Origin: Bispira polyomma
Lineage: Eukaryota
Direction: 5' to 3'
Assembly (NCBI GenBank): GCA_965649765.1
Contig: OZ287752.1
Span: forward strand, 78,368,001-78,432,000
Length of the DNA stretch: 64,000 bases
Shown here: one piece after another, positions 46,401-61,400 of the stretch
Layout of the letters: the number at the start of each line of letters is the position of its first letter
Position numbering within the stretch: the stretch's first letter is position 1
Translations under genes and position numbers: made by a program
The notes under the pieces: generated by a model
Seen by the model: only the letters and a program-made list of their open reading frames with translations
Databases searched by the model: none
Told to the model about the DNA's origin: nothing

Positions 46401-49400
46401 AGCTGCATATGCCTCACACTTTATCAGCTTCTTTAATTGTTCTTTCAAAAACTGTTCTGCTTTTTGACACCAACTCTCGGCCAAGAGCATCAATGAATTA
46501 GCAATTTCTTCTTCCACTAACACAGCTTGAACAATCAAATGCCCATTTTCATCTTTCTGTACATCTGCTTTGTTCTTCACTCGTTCTAACATGGCAAGAA
46601 GCCTTGGGTTTTCCTTAATATTAATACTGCACATGTCATTTGTTGTACCTGTAGTAATCCCAAAAAACACTTTACTGTTCTGTACTACCTGCTCTTCAAT
46701 ATTGCTTGTTTTAGTTGTTAGAGCACTTGCAGTTTCCATGATGAGGCTGACAGTTTGAGATAACACAGAACAGATTGCCCTAGTTGTCACATGGTTTTCT
46801 GACATCTCCATTAACATTTCAGTGCAGTGTATAGCACCTACTGCGTAGGCTTTGCAATCAATGATGTATGCCCTTCTAGCCTGATTCAGCAAGTTTATGT
46901 CCTTCCGTAAAATGCCACATAACATCATAATCTCAGCAGCATATGCCCGAGAAGGCATATCTTTTGCACCTTTGAGACAGTTATCAGCCAATTTCATGTG
47001 ATCATCTTCAATATGTTCTTGCCTATACACAGCATTCCTCAGCTTAATTAGTATACATTCCATCTGAAAAATCTGCATTCCATCAGCTTTTTCTGAATAT
47101 TCTATGGCTTTGCCTATGTAACCATACATTCTTGCACGTTCTGCTGCTTCTTTAAATTTTCCTGGAAGATTGAGAAAAAAAAATGTATTAAACCTGTATG
47201 TGAGAATATCTTTTAAACATAGTGAACACAACTGAATGCCTGTCCTCTTCCTACATAGTGGTGAAAAAATGACATATACAATTTGAAAGTCTTATTTCAA
47301 GAATTGTTACATTTATGGAAAAAATTAAACATTGGCCTTTATTCTGGATTATAATAGTTACATAGAAATAGATCTGCATGGTACAAAACTGTACCAGTGA
47401 CTAACTATGTTGACTCTAACAAAGAATGTTCAATGACACACTTAGTAATAATTCTTTAAATATAACACTAAATACTGGAAATTAACCTTTGTGACTCATT
47501 TTTTTCATCCTTGAACTCAATGTCAAATCTGACCAGTGCATTAGATTCCTAAAAACTGAATGAAATAGGAATGTTTTATTCTACATACATATTAAAACTA
47601 GGCCCAGCGCATTGGAGAACCAACGCATATTTGTATCCACCAGAAATAAAAAGCACCCCAGGTAGCAAGCACCCTAGCTAGCACCGAAGCTAGAAGCCTA
47701 TGATTTCCTATAGGGCATTTATGCTAAAGCCTTAAATGGCACAAGTGGGTTTGATATTGCAAACCTGTGGGACCAATAATGAGTGTGAGATAGGCACTTT
47801 AAAGTTTGGCCTACTCGTTTGACCTTGCATGAGGGATCAAATCTGATTACCAAAAGATTACCAGCCCATGATTTCCTATAGGTTGGTTATACATCCCGAA
47901 CCTCTACGACCAATAATAAGCGAGATATAGACACTTTAAAGTTTGACCAAGACTGACATTGAACGAGGGGCCCAAGGTCTAATCGGACCACATCAAAAGA
48001 TTCCCAGGCCTTGATTTCCTACAGGTTGGTTTCTTATTCCAAACATCTAGGACCAATAATAAGCGAGATATAGGCACTTTAACTTTGGCCATCCGCATTT
48101 GACCTTGAATGAGGGGCCCAAGGTCAAATTGGACCACATGAAAAGATATCCAGCCCATGATTTTCTATAGGTTGGTTTGGCACTTCAAAACCTGTTTGAC
48201 CAAAAATGTGCGAGATATAGGCACTTTTAGGTTTGGCCATCCCTGTTTGACCTTGAAGGAGAGGGCCAAGGTCAAATCTGAGCACATCAAAAGATTCCTT
48301 GCTTATGATTTCCTACAGGTTAATTTTAGATTCCAAACCTCTACGACCAATATTAAGCAAAATATAGGCAATTTTAAATTTGGCCATCCGCATTTGACCT
48401 TGAATGAGAGGGGCCCAAGGTCAAATCTGAGTATATCAAAAGATTCTCAGCCCATGATTTTCTATGGGTTGGTTTGGCACTCCATACCTCTAAAACCAAT
48501 AATAAGTGAGATATAGGCACTTTTAAGTTTGGCCACCAGTACTTGATCTTGAACAAGGGGCCCAAGGTCAAATCAATCCACATCAAAAGATTCCCAGCTC
48601 ATGATTTCCTATAGATAGGTTTCACATCCAAAACCTGTTTGACCAAAAATAAGCGAGCTATAGGCACTTTTAGGTTTGGCCATCCCTGTTTGACTTTGAA
48701 AGAGAGGGCCAAGGTCAAATCTGAGCACATCAAAAGATTCCTTAGTCAGGATTTCCTATAGGTTTGTTTTAGATCTCAAACCTCTAGGACCAATATTAAG
48801 CGAGATATAGGCACTAGGGAAAGTTTGGCCAAAATCGGTCAGTAAGGGTACTTTGGCACTCTGTCCATGACCTTGAATGAGAAGATTTAAGGTCAAATGT
48901 CTGGATGCTTATACAGGACATATATATCCATTAAAAATATCATTCGTAAAGAGATTGACCCTTCTTCAGCTGAGAAACAGACACAGATAAAAGCCTGATT
49001 ATTTTCAAAGAAACGCCCGTGGCGGCCATCTAGTTCTTCAAAATGAGGCCAAAATTACTCCCAGGCAAGCTTTTGTAATAAAGAACATTTCCTATAAATT
49101 TGAGGAGCCTAGGTGTAAAAGTTTACCAGAAGAGCGGTAACGGTAAAACCTCTACACACACTGACACCGCAGCGGCGGCGTAACAATGCCTAATCCGTAG
49201 TATCCACTGGAGTTTTCCGGTGGATACAATGAATATCAGGTAATGACCTATTATTCTACCAATGACTTTATAAGCTGGCAAGAAGTAACATTTACCCTCT
49301 TTTTCCATTATCACCAAGGCTTCTTCAAGTAAGTGGCGCTTCAATAAGAAGGCTACTTTTGACTCATATCTCAAATATTCCTCAAGAGCCTGGTTCATCC

Positions 49401-52400
49401 TGCCATAATCTCCAGCCACATAGTACTTGACCGCTGCTTGGTAGCCTATTCGGTCCAGTGTATGATCACTTCTGGGGGAATGTTCTTTATTGCTTATGTC
49501 TTCTTGCATGTCCTCATTTAATTCCTATAGTACACATATATAAAAGTACATTAAAAAAAAACCAATGTATGCATAATAATGTCCTTCAACAATCATACCT
49601 TTCAGCACCAAAATATTTACATCTTGGCTCATCAGATTACTGCTTTCAAAGCATGAACAACTTTAATTTGATGGTTAGTTAAATGTTATGTTGTACTAAT
49701 GAAGCACCAAGCTTCCATCCCCTTGAGTTATAGAAATCACAGTACAGCTGCCCTGGGCTGTGCATGTTTTATACAGAAAGTACTAACTAGTTTACTGACT
49801 AACATCAAACAAGGTAGTAAATACTTTGTACAAAATCGTTAGTACACTGGGCCAGTATTCTCCGAACAAACTCCAGCTGAAACTCAACTCTAGTAAAGGC
49901 TATGTATAATTCTTGTAACCATTTATTTCAATATTGTATTCTTTTGTATTTTTCAGTTTTTAAAGTGCCCTATTGATGCAAGGCATCTTATACAGCGCAG
50001 CCACAGAATTAATTAACCAATTCAAGAAGTCCAAAAACATAGCCCAGGCTATTAATCTATTGAAAGTGGTGACATGGATTTTAACATAATAATAATAATA
50101 TATCAGACTTTTTTAGCACTTATTTTCGTTGTAACGAATTCTAAGGCGCAAAAAAACCACAGCCAGAGTCAAAAAACATAGACAGAAGGAAGTCGTCATC
50201 AATGCGTCCACCGAGAATGGGAAAGCGACTATGGAGGGAATGCATCATTGAACAGATAGGTCTTTAAACTGTGCCGGAAGGAATACAGAGACGGAGCTGT
50301 CCTAATGTGTTGAGGCAAACTATTCTATAGGGTAGGGGCATCATTTGCAAAACTTTTATCAAAGTGAACCTTTGACCTGTGTACTTTGGACTTATATTTT
50401 GGAACAAGAAGGAATCTATTTTTGGGAGCGGCTCTCCTGGTGTTGACATTGCACTTGTAGTAACTCAAGTGTGGTTCAAAGTATTTAGGCAAACCTGAAT
50501 CGAGAAACTTATATACTATTGTAGCAGTTTTAAAAACACACCAATACCTAACAGGGAGCCAGTGGAGTGACTTCAGAATTGGTGAGGCATTTGAAAGCAG
50601 AGCAGAACAACTGACCAGACGTGCCAATGTAATTCGATAATAAAAGGGAAGCCAATGTAATTTTTAAGGGATAGCCAGGCATCAGTACGGATGCCAGGAC
50701 CCAAAATGGCTCTACATAGATAGATTTGAATGGACTGGACTGGATTTTTCCGAGAATGTGGCCCCAGAACTTGACCAGAAATACATACACTGAACTGTTT
50801 TATAAGTGCTGCAGCTCCACTATAATCTTTCAGCTTAATTAACATCTCAATGGCTTCCTTGTAGTTTGTATCTTTGCTGTAGCATTCTGCTGCTTCTTTG
50901 TAATCTCTTAGCTTTCTACTGCAGACATTAGCAGCCAAAGCATACTGTAAGTAACATGACAAAAACTGGCATTGTATACTGAATTAAAATCCCATCAATG
51001 TGCAAGTTGTAGACATACATTTTTTTCAAAGAACAAAGGATGCTAAGATGGTGGGAAAATAACAAAGCATACATCTATAGATCAGTATATACAAAAAAAC
51101 ATTCTGCATTGTTGCATTTCCAATAATATGAAAGGTCTAAAACTTTGACCTTTGATCATCTCAAAGTATGTTGGTGATATATTTTTGTGTCTAAGGATTT
51201 AAAAAATCATGCTATAAATTAGAATTCCATGTTGACGAATTGTGCTGCACTGAATGATGACATTTTTACATTGTGCTGATTAAGAAGGAAATCTCTGTGG
51301 CTGGTATTTAAGCATGCCCCCTGTTAATATTAGTAGATAGTTCAGCAAGGTAAACATATAGCATACCCTTGTGTAATACAGCCTATATCAGTTTCAGACT
51401 GAGACTATTCACAACAAAAATATTAGACATTTATTTCGTCAGATTGTGTGCAGGTATACTAAGAAAATAATTTCAGTCCGAGTTTGGTTATAGTATGTAA
51501 AAGAAAGAACATAATGTCTTACTTGTTCCAGCTTCTTCCACAACTGCACAGCCAGTTTAAACTCTTTGCCATTGTAGAAACACTTAGCGGCTTGTTCATA
51601 ACTCATTGCTTCAAAGAATAACTTTCCAGCTTTGATGTATTCTTCACACTTCACTCGTGGAGGTTTTTCAGATCGCTGTATATCCTCAATTTTCATGTAT
51701 GCTTCCACTGTATTACATTTCCCTGTGGCATTTGCCTTCTGGAAACAGGTTTTTGCTACACCATACATTTTCCTCTCCAAGAAAAAGTCACCCTGTTCTT
51801 CCCATTCTTTGGTTGTGGTTTCACTGGCAAACAGCTGTTCTGGAATATCTAAGTCAGGTAACAAAAAGACAATAAGTACACATTATCATGTGTGAATGTC
51901 CACCCCAAAAGCAAAAACCACAATTCTCGGACAGTGCGACGGCTAAAAATAATATGTCTGCCCCTCGAGACATAATAATTAGACCAATTACATGGGCGGA
52001 CAGATGCATGTTGTATCCCCAGGAGATGAAATATGGTTTGCTTGATAGGTAAATTGATTTATTGATTGGGGTTGAACATTGTATAGGTCATATCATGACG
52101 ACAGTTTTACTGGTGGGGGGAAAGCAGTGCATATACTAATTGATCAAGATGCTGCACTGTAAACCATCAGGCTTCGGCAAGTGTCATCCAACTTTCCCAC
52201 ATAAAGCCGCTGCTGAGATTTAAACCCACAAACTCAGAGTTGGAAGCAGAGTGTGTTAACCACTGGTTGATAATTTAAGATAATTCCGTAATTGAAATGG
52301 GTGTGAAGAAGAGATGAATGGATGGAGCCAAATTTTTTAAACATTCTTCTGATGCGGTATACTACGGCCAAAGTTCACCTAATAAGCAAACTATATATCA

Positions 52401-55400
52401 AATTGATTGATCTTCAAATGGCCTGTTTTTTCAGAATGAGGCCAAAGTTAATTTGCAGGAACATTTACTTAAAAGCCAACAGTATACAAAATATGGTAAA
52501 GATATCTGTTACGGCTTGTCTGCGAGTGACATAAAAAAAATTTTTTTAAAGTTGTCTTGGTGGCCATTTTGTTTTTTGAATGAGGCCAAGGTTTAAAATA
52601 GGACCAAGATATAGCAATAAGCATATCCTAAAACTTTGACGAGAATAGCCAATGTCATTATATACAATGGAAGCATCCCATGGAGACAATTACTAAATTA
52701 TAATAAGAATGTCTTGCAAAATATATTGACTAACGAACAATGAACAAACTGATCAGATTTTGAAAGAAGATATAAAGAGTTTAAAATTGTTTGCAACTTT
52801 AACATTTTGTAACAAGAAAACAGTACATAGTAAAACACTTACATATTACTGAAATGCGACCTTAAGGTGACCTTTATAATATGATATATCCGACTTGACG
52901 TAGTATTTCATGAGTTGCAAATGCACTACTTTCTCATTTCATATGTCCATAATCAATCTTATTCATATGTTACAAATTCAGGTGAAAGACTACAAATTTT
53001 TCAGAAAAATCTGACTATATAGTATTACATAAATTATTAAGATAACAGTCATGTGTGGTCTCCCTTAGTGTACTGGTTAGAGGGTTGGTCTGGTGATCAA
53101 AATGTGCCTGGTTTAAATCATTGTAATACAATAATACAAGAGAACACATGTATTATGACTGTATCTGAGCCAGACTGGGGTAATGTGAGCTGTCTCACTC
53201 ACTGACCTTCTAGAACTTCTACAAATTCTGCCAGGTGACTTTGTTTGAACAAGGAAAACATGGGTTTCTGTTTCTCCTCGCTTTCGTCATATATCCACAG
53301 CTTTCTTCGGGCCCTTGTTACTGCAGTGTACAGATACTTCAAATCTGTGTTCAAAATCTTGTGCTTCTTTGGATCAAAATTGGGTGGTGGCTTCAACTTC
53401 TCTGTTGCTCTTTCTGGTATACAAAATACATGCTTAAATACTTCACATTAGTAACTTGGATATATTTAACAATGTTATTTTTATAATAAATGGCCTGGAC
53501 TGAAATACCAAGTTCTAATGATTTGGAGTAAACTGGTATAAATGTGGCGTTCATGTACCGTTTATGCCCCAATTAGCCTCATTTATGCCCGGGATATGCC
53601 CAGTTTTGACCAGATCTCACCAGTCTATGACAAATTTATGCCCAGACAAGACCTAAGCAGTTCATCATATGTTTATGTAACATTTGCTACAGATTACACC
53701 AAATTACTCCAGTTCTGGCAAGATCACACAAGTTCTAAGCAGTGTAAGCCCCGTTTACACAAGTTCTGAGCAGATTATGCCCTATTTATGCCCAACCACA
53801 CCCCTTTTCTCCAGTTCTCTCAAGATGTGCTTTCAGAGCTGACCACTTACGAAAGTTTTAAACATGTTCAAAATTTCCAGCTCTGCCTTGCGTTCTGGCC
53901 GATCTGACCAGGTTATGCCTAGATGTTTGAGGTTTTCTCTAGACCACACAAGTCCTTCACATCGAGAGTAAACAGCTCTATAGAACGTGGACAGTGTGAC
54001 TGCCACATAAGCTATAAATTATCAATTGTATTCATTTCAAGCGGTAAATATATTTGAGCTGTAATCAAATGACTTTATGCATAGTACCTTGTTCTTGGAT
54101 ATCAATGTCCACTATACCATCAAACACTTCTTCTGCTGATTCCTTAATCAAAGCCAAGATCTCTTTGCAGTCTCCACGGATTACATCCCAGTCTGAGGCA
54201 GTCTACAAAGGAAAAAGATCAATGATCACATTTTAGTGAGGACTCTTTCTTTAAATGCAATTGTAAATGTTTGCAAATGCTTGCATAATTTTAGTATGTT
54301 ATTACTGTATAAATTCTTTCGATATAAGGGTTATTTCTCTTATGATGTGAATATATTTCTACAAGTTTTACCACTATGCAGTAAACTGACATGAACTGAA
54401 TGGTTTGCCTGATGTAACAGGACAACCATACAGTGAATATAACTTTCAGCTTTTCCTTAATAGATCTAGTTTGCAGTGATTTTCTTGAATAATAGCCAAT
54501 GCCTACTCCATTTGCAAAACTATAAAGATATGCGTTATCACAATATAAATGATCAATAACTTTGGTGCTGTAGAATTTTATTCCCCAAGTCTGTTTATGA
54601 AGTTGTAGGGGTCAAAGGCCACTGTTTTGTTTTGTATTGACGGAATGGTTGGGTCCCAGAAATGAATATTCTAACATCTTTTTGGTAACTTTACTTCCTT
54701 AAACCTGTCCCCAGTTGTACTCATAACAGCTAGTAACCACTAATTCAATATAGGTTCCTAAATCTGGTTTTAAGATACCAAAAAGAACAGCCATGTTCAT
54801 CAAGGATTAATGTTTTAGGGGACAGGACCAATTTTGAAAGGATACATATTCAAATATACCTATACGATAAGTATCTTTCTAATCTAAATTGATCTGTATT
54901 TATGTATAAATAAATAAATAAATTTTAAAACATACCAGTATTACTAGTGTTTAATACATCATAAAATTTAATATAGCTTAACTTACACAAGATGAGTCCT
55001 TGAAGAAATTATAAAGCAAAACATCTTCAAATTCGAGCCCTTTTGCCTCATAAATTGTCAAAACTATTCCCGCCTGCAGAGAAAGTGGGATTTCATCTCT
55101 GGCTCTGTCGTTTACCACAAGTATCGCCTGGTTAGCTCCAAAATCTATCTGGGAACCTGTTGTGGAATTTCCTCTCAGCAAAATAGCTAAGTTTTCTGGC
55201 GTCATCGATTCTATAATCACTGGTTTTGGCCCTGGCATTGAACCAACATCAGGTGGCAATGATGCATCAAATGACTGTGGAAAGTAGAACTTCATCAGGC
55301 TGACAGTAGAAGAGGCTAGCCTGAGAATGCCTTCATGTGATCTATAATTCTCCACTAGATGCTGGACTTTGGGAATTGCAATTGGTGCACTGTCATTGCA

Positions 55401-58400
55401 AGGAGATAATTCTTTACTCAGACTGTGAAAAAGTGTTGTAAGTTCCTGGAATCGAAATGTCACCCCTCTCATGATTGTCTGAGCAGTATCACCAGTCAGG
55501 AAGACCTTGTTTGGATCCTGACACAACTTCAGGTAAAGAGATATCTCTGCTTGAGTGAAGTCTTGAGCTTCATCAATGTAAAGTTCATGCAGCATCCACT
55601 CATTCAAAAAGGTGTTCTGCAGACGTTCATGTAACTGAAACACTACGTCGGTAATGTCAAACAAGTTCTTTTCCTTTGCAAACTTTTGATACTGTTTAAA
55701 TATGCTGTAAACGTCATCTCTCTCTTCTTCACCAAAGACTGCCTGTTTCCTTCCAATTTCCCTGTACCTTTCCAAACTAAGAAATCCTTTGTCACACTTC
55801 ATAGCTTCATCCGAACCCTTGATAAATGATATGATTTCTGTCCAAATAAGACTTGGATGGACACTGCAGAGGGACTTCTTTTCCTTGATCTTAGGCCAAA
55901 CTTCTAGTTCAAAGTAGTCTGGTGTAACCTCTTTCGGTGCAGCTTCATTTATTGGCATATCGTTTAAACCATCATCAATGTCTTCCATCATTTCCACTAG
56001 AACTTCTAAATGAGCATCTTGTGTCCATCCAATGACACGATACCTTTCTATACCAAGCTCATTGTAGAAAAACCCTTCTCCTGGTAGTGAAGCATCGAGA
56101 AGCATCAGGAATCGTCTTGACGTCAGCATCAGTGGGTACCGTTCTGCTGATATTTTCTGAAGACGTAAGGGCAATTCCTCTTTCTCGCATTCATTTCTCT
56201 TCTGTGTAAGATGTCTAAATGTGTGACAGTAATTTCGGAAAACCGTTTCAACTTCTGAAACTAATATAGCATTTTTGGTTACAAAAAGTTGTTTCAAATG
56301 GTCATAACTGGTATCCGCCTGAGGCAATACATCTGCATATTCTGAAACATAAAACATAAACAAAGTTGCATTAACTCAAGTGAATACTTTTATGAATTCC
56401 TTATTTGTTTTATGTACTACAACATGTGAGATAATTATTAGTAAAATGTGTTTTAATTCAAACAAATGAAAGTGTGAAAATGACATTTTCACTTCAGAGT
56501 GACATTTTAAGAGAAAAGCCTTCTTAGAAGTTAGAACAATAATTCATTCACTATGATCTGCATTAAAGATCTACTTTCGTAGATATGAAGCAATTGTCTT
56601 TGATTTACCTACCCTCTAAATCTCTTTGAAGGTATTTTCTTTCTCGTGGTTTGCAACGTGTGAAGCCACCTAGTGCTGATTCTTTCCAATATGCAATGAA
56701 GCTTTCCCATAGTTTTCTGAAACAACAAGTGGTCTTCCCAGTTCCACTTCTACCAAGAAGCAGAGTTGCTGTCGGAGATTTTCTATGGATTATCTCATGT
56801 TCTTTTGCACTTGCTGTAAAAGGTACATCTAGATCTGAGCTGGTTTCCAGCAACAGCCCTTGCATATATTCTGTCAGTAGTGGATAATCTTTCTGCACAG
56901 TAACGCTGTTGTCTTCAAATGTTAAGACTGGTGTTGTTGTCACACCATTTTCTTTACCTTTTGATAATTTGTATATGACGGGTTCATCGCTTGACTTTTG
57001 TAAGCTGCTTACTAACACTGGTTGAAGGAATTTCAAAAATTTGTATTTTTTACCCAAAGATATGGACTTTTGGATTTTTGGAACAGTTTCAGACAGCTTG
57101 TTTTCCTCAGCTACAGTTAAACATCTGACTTGTTCTGCATATCTGATGTCTTTGTCTGTGTATTTGTCAGAAAATTCCACTGCAATCATCCATAACAGAT
57201 GCTTGGAAGGTACTATTTCTGATGAAAACACATCTTTCGATTGCTTTACCTTGTTTTTCACATTCCTTGGTTTTTTTCCTATTAACTCTAACAAACTAAT
57301 AAGATCTGACATGCACTTTTTGTCTTTTCTCATCAGTTGCTTTATACTTTGGACAAAATTTGATGCCATCTGTAACTCAAATGGAAGGTTTTCAAACTTG
57401 CTCTGTTTTAGTGCTTGAAGTTTCTCATGAACGTCATAGTTATGCATGTTTGATTCCACTGACGCACTTTGAGGTTCATAATTATGAACAAATTGTATCA
57501 TTGATGCAATCCTGTCCATTAGGTTACTGACAAATTTCATTCTTTCTGTAGTGGAGACAAATCCTATCAGAGAATCACCTTGTTTTTCAAGTTTTACTTT
57601 CTCAGCTTCTGAAGATGGTGTCCTGTCATACACCTTCATTGGTAAATGTACATCTAAAACCCATCTCTGTTTCCTACGTCTTCTTGCCCTTGGATTGAGG
57701 GATATATATCTTGCTTGTGCAGTAGAAAGATAAGTCATTCTACCATCGCCCCTTTTGCCAATAAGCCTTTGTGGTGTTTCTCCTGCACTGTTTATTACTA
57801 ATGGATTAACAGTGTAATCACACAGCAGTTTCATGGCTGTATCTACTGTTTGGCTCCATTCTTTCTTGGCTACATGGTGGAGTAAACTATTTCCTTCAGC
57901 ATCTTTATCTTGAATAATTTGTTCCCCATGTTTCTCAATGCATTTCTCCAAGATCTGAAAGTTACCTTTAAAGAAAAAACAAACAGAATCTGTGTGACTA
58001 TATCACATACAGGACCATGCTACTGAGGATAGGATAAAAAAACTAGGCAATCTGGGAAATTTGGAAAACTATATAGTTTCATTTGGGCTTTACTACATGT
58101 AGTAAAATAATGATTCTTGGCAGCTACAATAGTTAGCATCATAAATATAAGGAGAATAGCTTATTTATAGACTTGAATAAAATATTTAACTTTAATGTAT
58201 ATTGCAATGTAACATTTATCCACAGAGCAACATTCAGTTTACAGGTAAACAAAAGATCCTTGTTGTCCTTAAAGTATTTTGTTTTGTTAATTTAATACCT
58301 TAATACTCAAGTAAGACAGAAACTAAGTACAATTTTATACAATAAAATTTCCATAATTGTAATTGGAATTTTTATTGATAAAAAATATGTGATTTAGTGG

Positions 58401-61400
58401 TATACCTGTTTTTTTAAAATACACAAATATGATATGATAGATTTTTAACACGCCTTATTGATGCCAGGCATCTTAAAGGCGCAACATCATTGACAAAGTT
58501 GTTAAAATCATAGTCTGTTCCCAAAGCAAATTTGCGATCGAAGATGGCGTGGGAGAGAAAGATGTCTATGTAGGATAAGTGAGCATTAAGAGATGGGTCT
58601 TAAGGTTACTTCTAAAGCTAGTGACAATTTCCTGGGATCGTATGTTGGTTGGTAAATTTTTCCATAGGGTAGGTGCTGCAACAGAAAAGGCATGGGATCC
58701 AATCCCTTTACTAGTTCTGGTATCAGAGACTGAAGTTCAGTTTCCCATGGTAAGCCTGCAAGATATGGGGGCTGATATAGGTTTATTGTTTTGTATGTTG
58801 TAACATTAGTCTTGAAAATAATGCTGTACTTGAAAGGTACCCAATGGAGCCTTGTAAGAAAGAATCTAATCTAATCTAATCTAGTCATACTTTTATAGCG
58901 CTTAATCTTTGTACAACAAATTCTAAGGCGCAACAAACCCAAAACGTTAATCAAAAATCAAAAATAGTGGGCGGATGGAAGTCGTAACCAGGGAGACTAC
59001 CGTAAATGGTTGCGACGGCTAAGGTGGAAAAGCCTGTTCAAAAAGATAGGCCTTCAGCTTACTCCTGAAAGAGGAGAAAGTTTGAGCCAGGAGTCATACT
59101 GACGTGAGAATCCACACAACACACAACTCTGCACAGGTGATTCTGGATTTATTGTAGCCTTTGCAGCTGGTGCTTCTTCAGTCCAAGAAGCAGATAATTG
59201 GAGTTGTCCAATCGACTGCTTACAAGTGCATTTGTTATGACTATGGCAATTTGATAGGATAGGTGTTTTTTGATTCTCTTGTTGTCGCAAATAAAGAGGT
59301 AGTATGGTCAACGTATAGACATGATCGTCTAAATAAAGAGGGAGTCAAAAGTGACACCCGAATTCTTTGCTTTATCAGCTAGGAGTACGCCATTACCAAG
59401 TAGGTTAATAGAAAACAAGAGAGACCATGTGGCGGCAACGACGAGGAAACCAGACACGAAAACAAACAAGTGCCCTTTCCAATAGGCATGCTCACTAGCC
59501 TTAGTCGTGTGTGACTGTGTAACACAGGTATACCACAGAATCAAAGGCCTTGTTAATGTAGCTGTATCTTTTTAGGCTATTGACCATGATTCAGTTGCCA
59601 GTCCTAACTTTTTCGGCTTTAGACCATGATCCAGTTGATGCCCCTAACTGAAGCATCTGTAAGGATGAGGTAAGCATAGTTTTATGCAATAAAAATACAT
59701 TTATACCAACCAGCTATAAAAACTAGCCAATAGAGATGGGAGGTAAAATGCTTTAAAGCCTCTAGACATGCCACAGTTAGCAAAATTTTTACAATAAAAC
59801 ACAAAATAATGAAACACTACCTCAGAGCTTTTTTCCTTCTTAACTTGAATCGGAAGATGGAGATAATAATAATAATATATCAGACCTTTTTAGCGCTTAT
59901 TTTCGTTGTAACGAATTCTAAGGCGCAAAAAAACCACAGCCAGAGTCAAACTATTCCATAGGGTAGGGGCATCATTTGCAAAACTTTTATCAAAGTGAAC
60001 CTTTGACCTGTGTACTTTGGACTTATATTTTGGAACAAGAAGGAATCTATTTTTGGGAGCGGCTCTCCTGGTGTTGACATTGCACTTGTAGTAACTCAAG
60101 TGTAGTTCAAAGTATTAGGCAAACCTGAATCGAGAAACTTATATACTATTATAGCAGTTTTAAAAACACACCGATACCTAACAGGGAGCCAGTGGAGTGA
60201 CTTCAGAATCAGTGAAGCATTTGAAAGCTGAGCAGAACAACTGACCAAACGTGCCAATGAGTTCTGGATGCATTGCAATTTCTTTAGGTCCTTTTTGGTC
60301 AAGCTGTGATACAGTGAATTGCAGTAGTCCAGTCTGCTACCAACCAGAGCATTTGCTGCTGTTATTGCAACCGATTTTGGAAGGTACCTCCTGATTCTCC
60401 TAAGGTTTCTGAGACCCATGAAGCATGACCTGCACACTGATTGGATATGAGTGGAAAATGAAAAATCACTGTCAAACAAAACTCCCAGGTTCCTCACTTT
60501 ATCAGTTGGGGATAATAGTGTCCCAAGAATGTTTGCAGGAAAAGAATTTGACAGTTCAGCACGTTGAGTGCCCGACCCAAACAATATGAATTCGGTTTTA
60601 GCAGGATTCAGCTTGAGCTTATTTTGCGCCATCCAATTTTGAACATCTGCTAAGCATTTCTGAAGGACTTCCAGGGCACCGATTGATGTGTTAGGAGTAA
60701 GGTGCACGTAAATCTGTGTATCATCTGCATAGAAGTGATACTTCAGAGATGAATAGGAGGAAATAATTTTGCTAAGGGGTGTAGTATATAATGAAAATAG
60801 GAGTGGTCCAAGCACAGACCCTTGCGGCACACCGAATTTCAGCACTTGTAAGTCAGACAGAATATCACCAATTTTAATAGACTGGTACCTGTCTGACAAG
60901 TAGGAAACAAACCATTGCAAGACATAGTCCTTCAGACCAAACCAGGTTTTTAGTCTTTCAATGCGGACATTGTAATCAATAGTGTCGAAAGCAGCTGATA
61001 AGTCTAACAGTACTAATGCAGTGGGAACGCCCTTTGATAAGACATATGAATATCGTTTTTAATATAAAGCAGAGCTGTTTCAGTTGAATGGTATTTTTTA
61101 TATGCTGATTGGTAGGTGTTCTCTAGGCTGAATTTTTCAAGATGACTATTGAGCTGTTGGGCGACAACCCGTTCTATCAATTTTGAGATGTAGCATAGTC
61201 CAGATACAGATCGATAATTTTGTAAGTCATTTTTTGGTAAGGAAGCTTTCTTTATAAGAGGAGTGACAAAAGCCCTTTTCAACTTTGTTGGAAAGACACC
61301 CTGAGCTAAGGAATTGTTAACCAGTTTGGTTATTGATGGGAGAAGAATGTCCACACATTCCTTTACAAGGAAAGTGGGCTAGGGGTCAAGCATGCATGAC

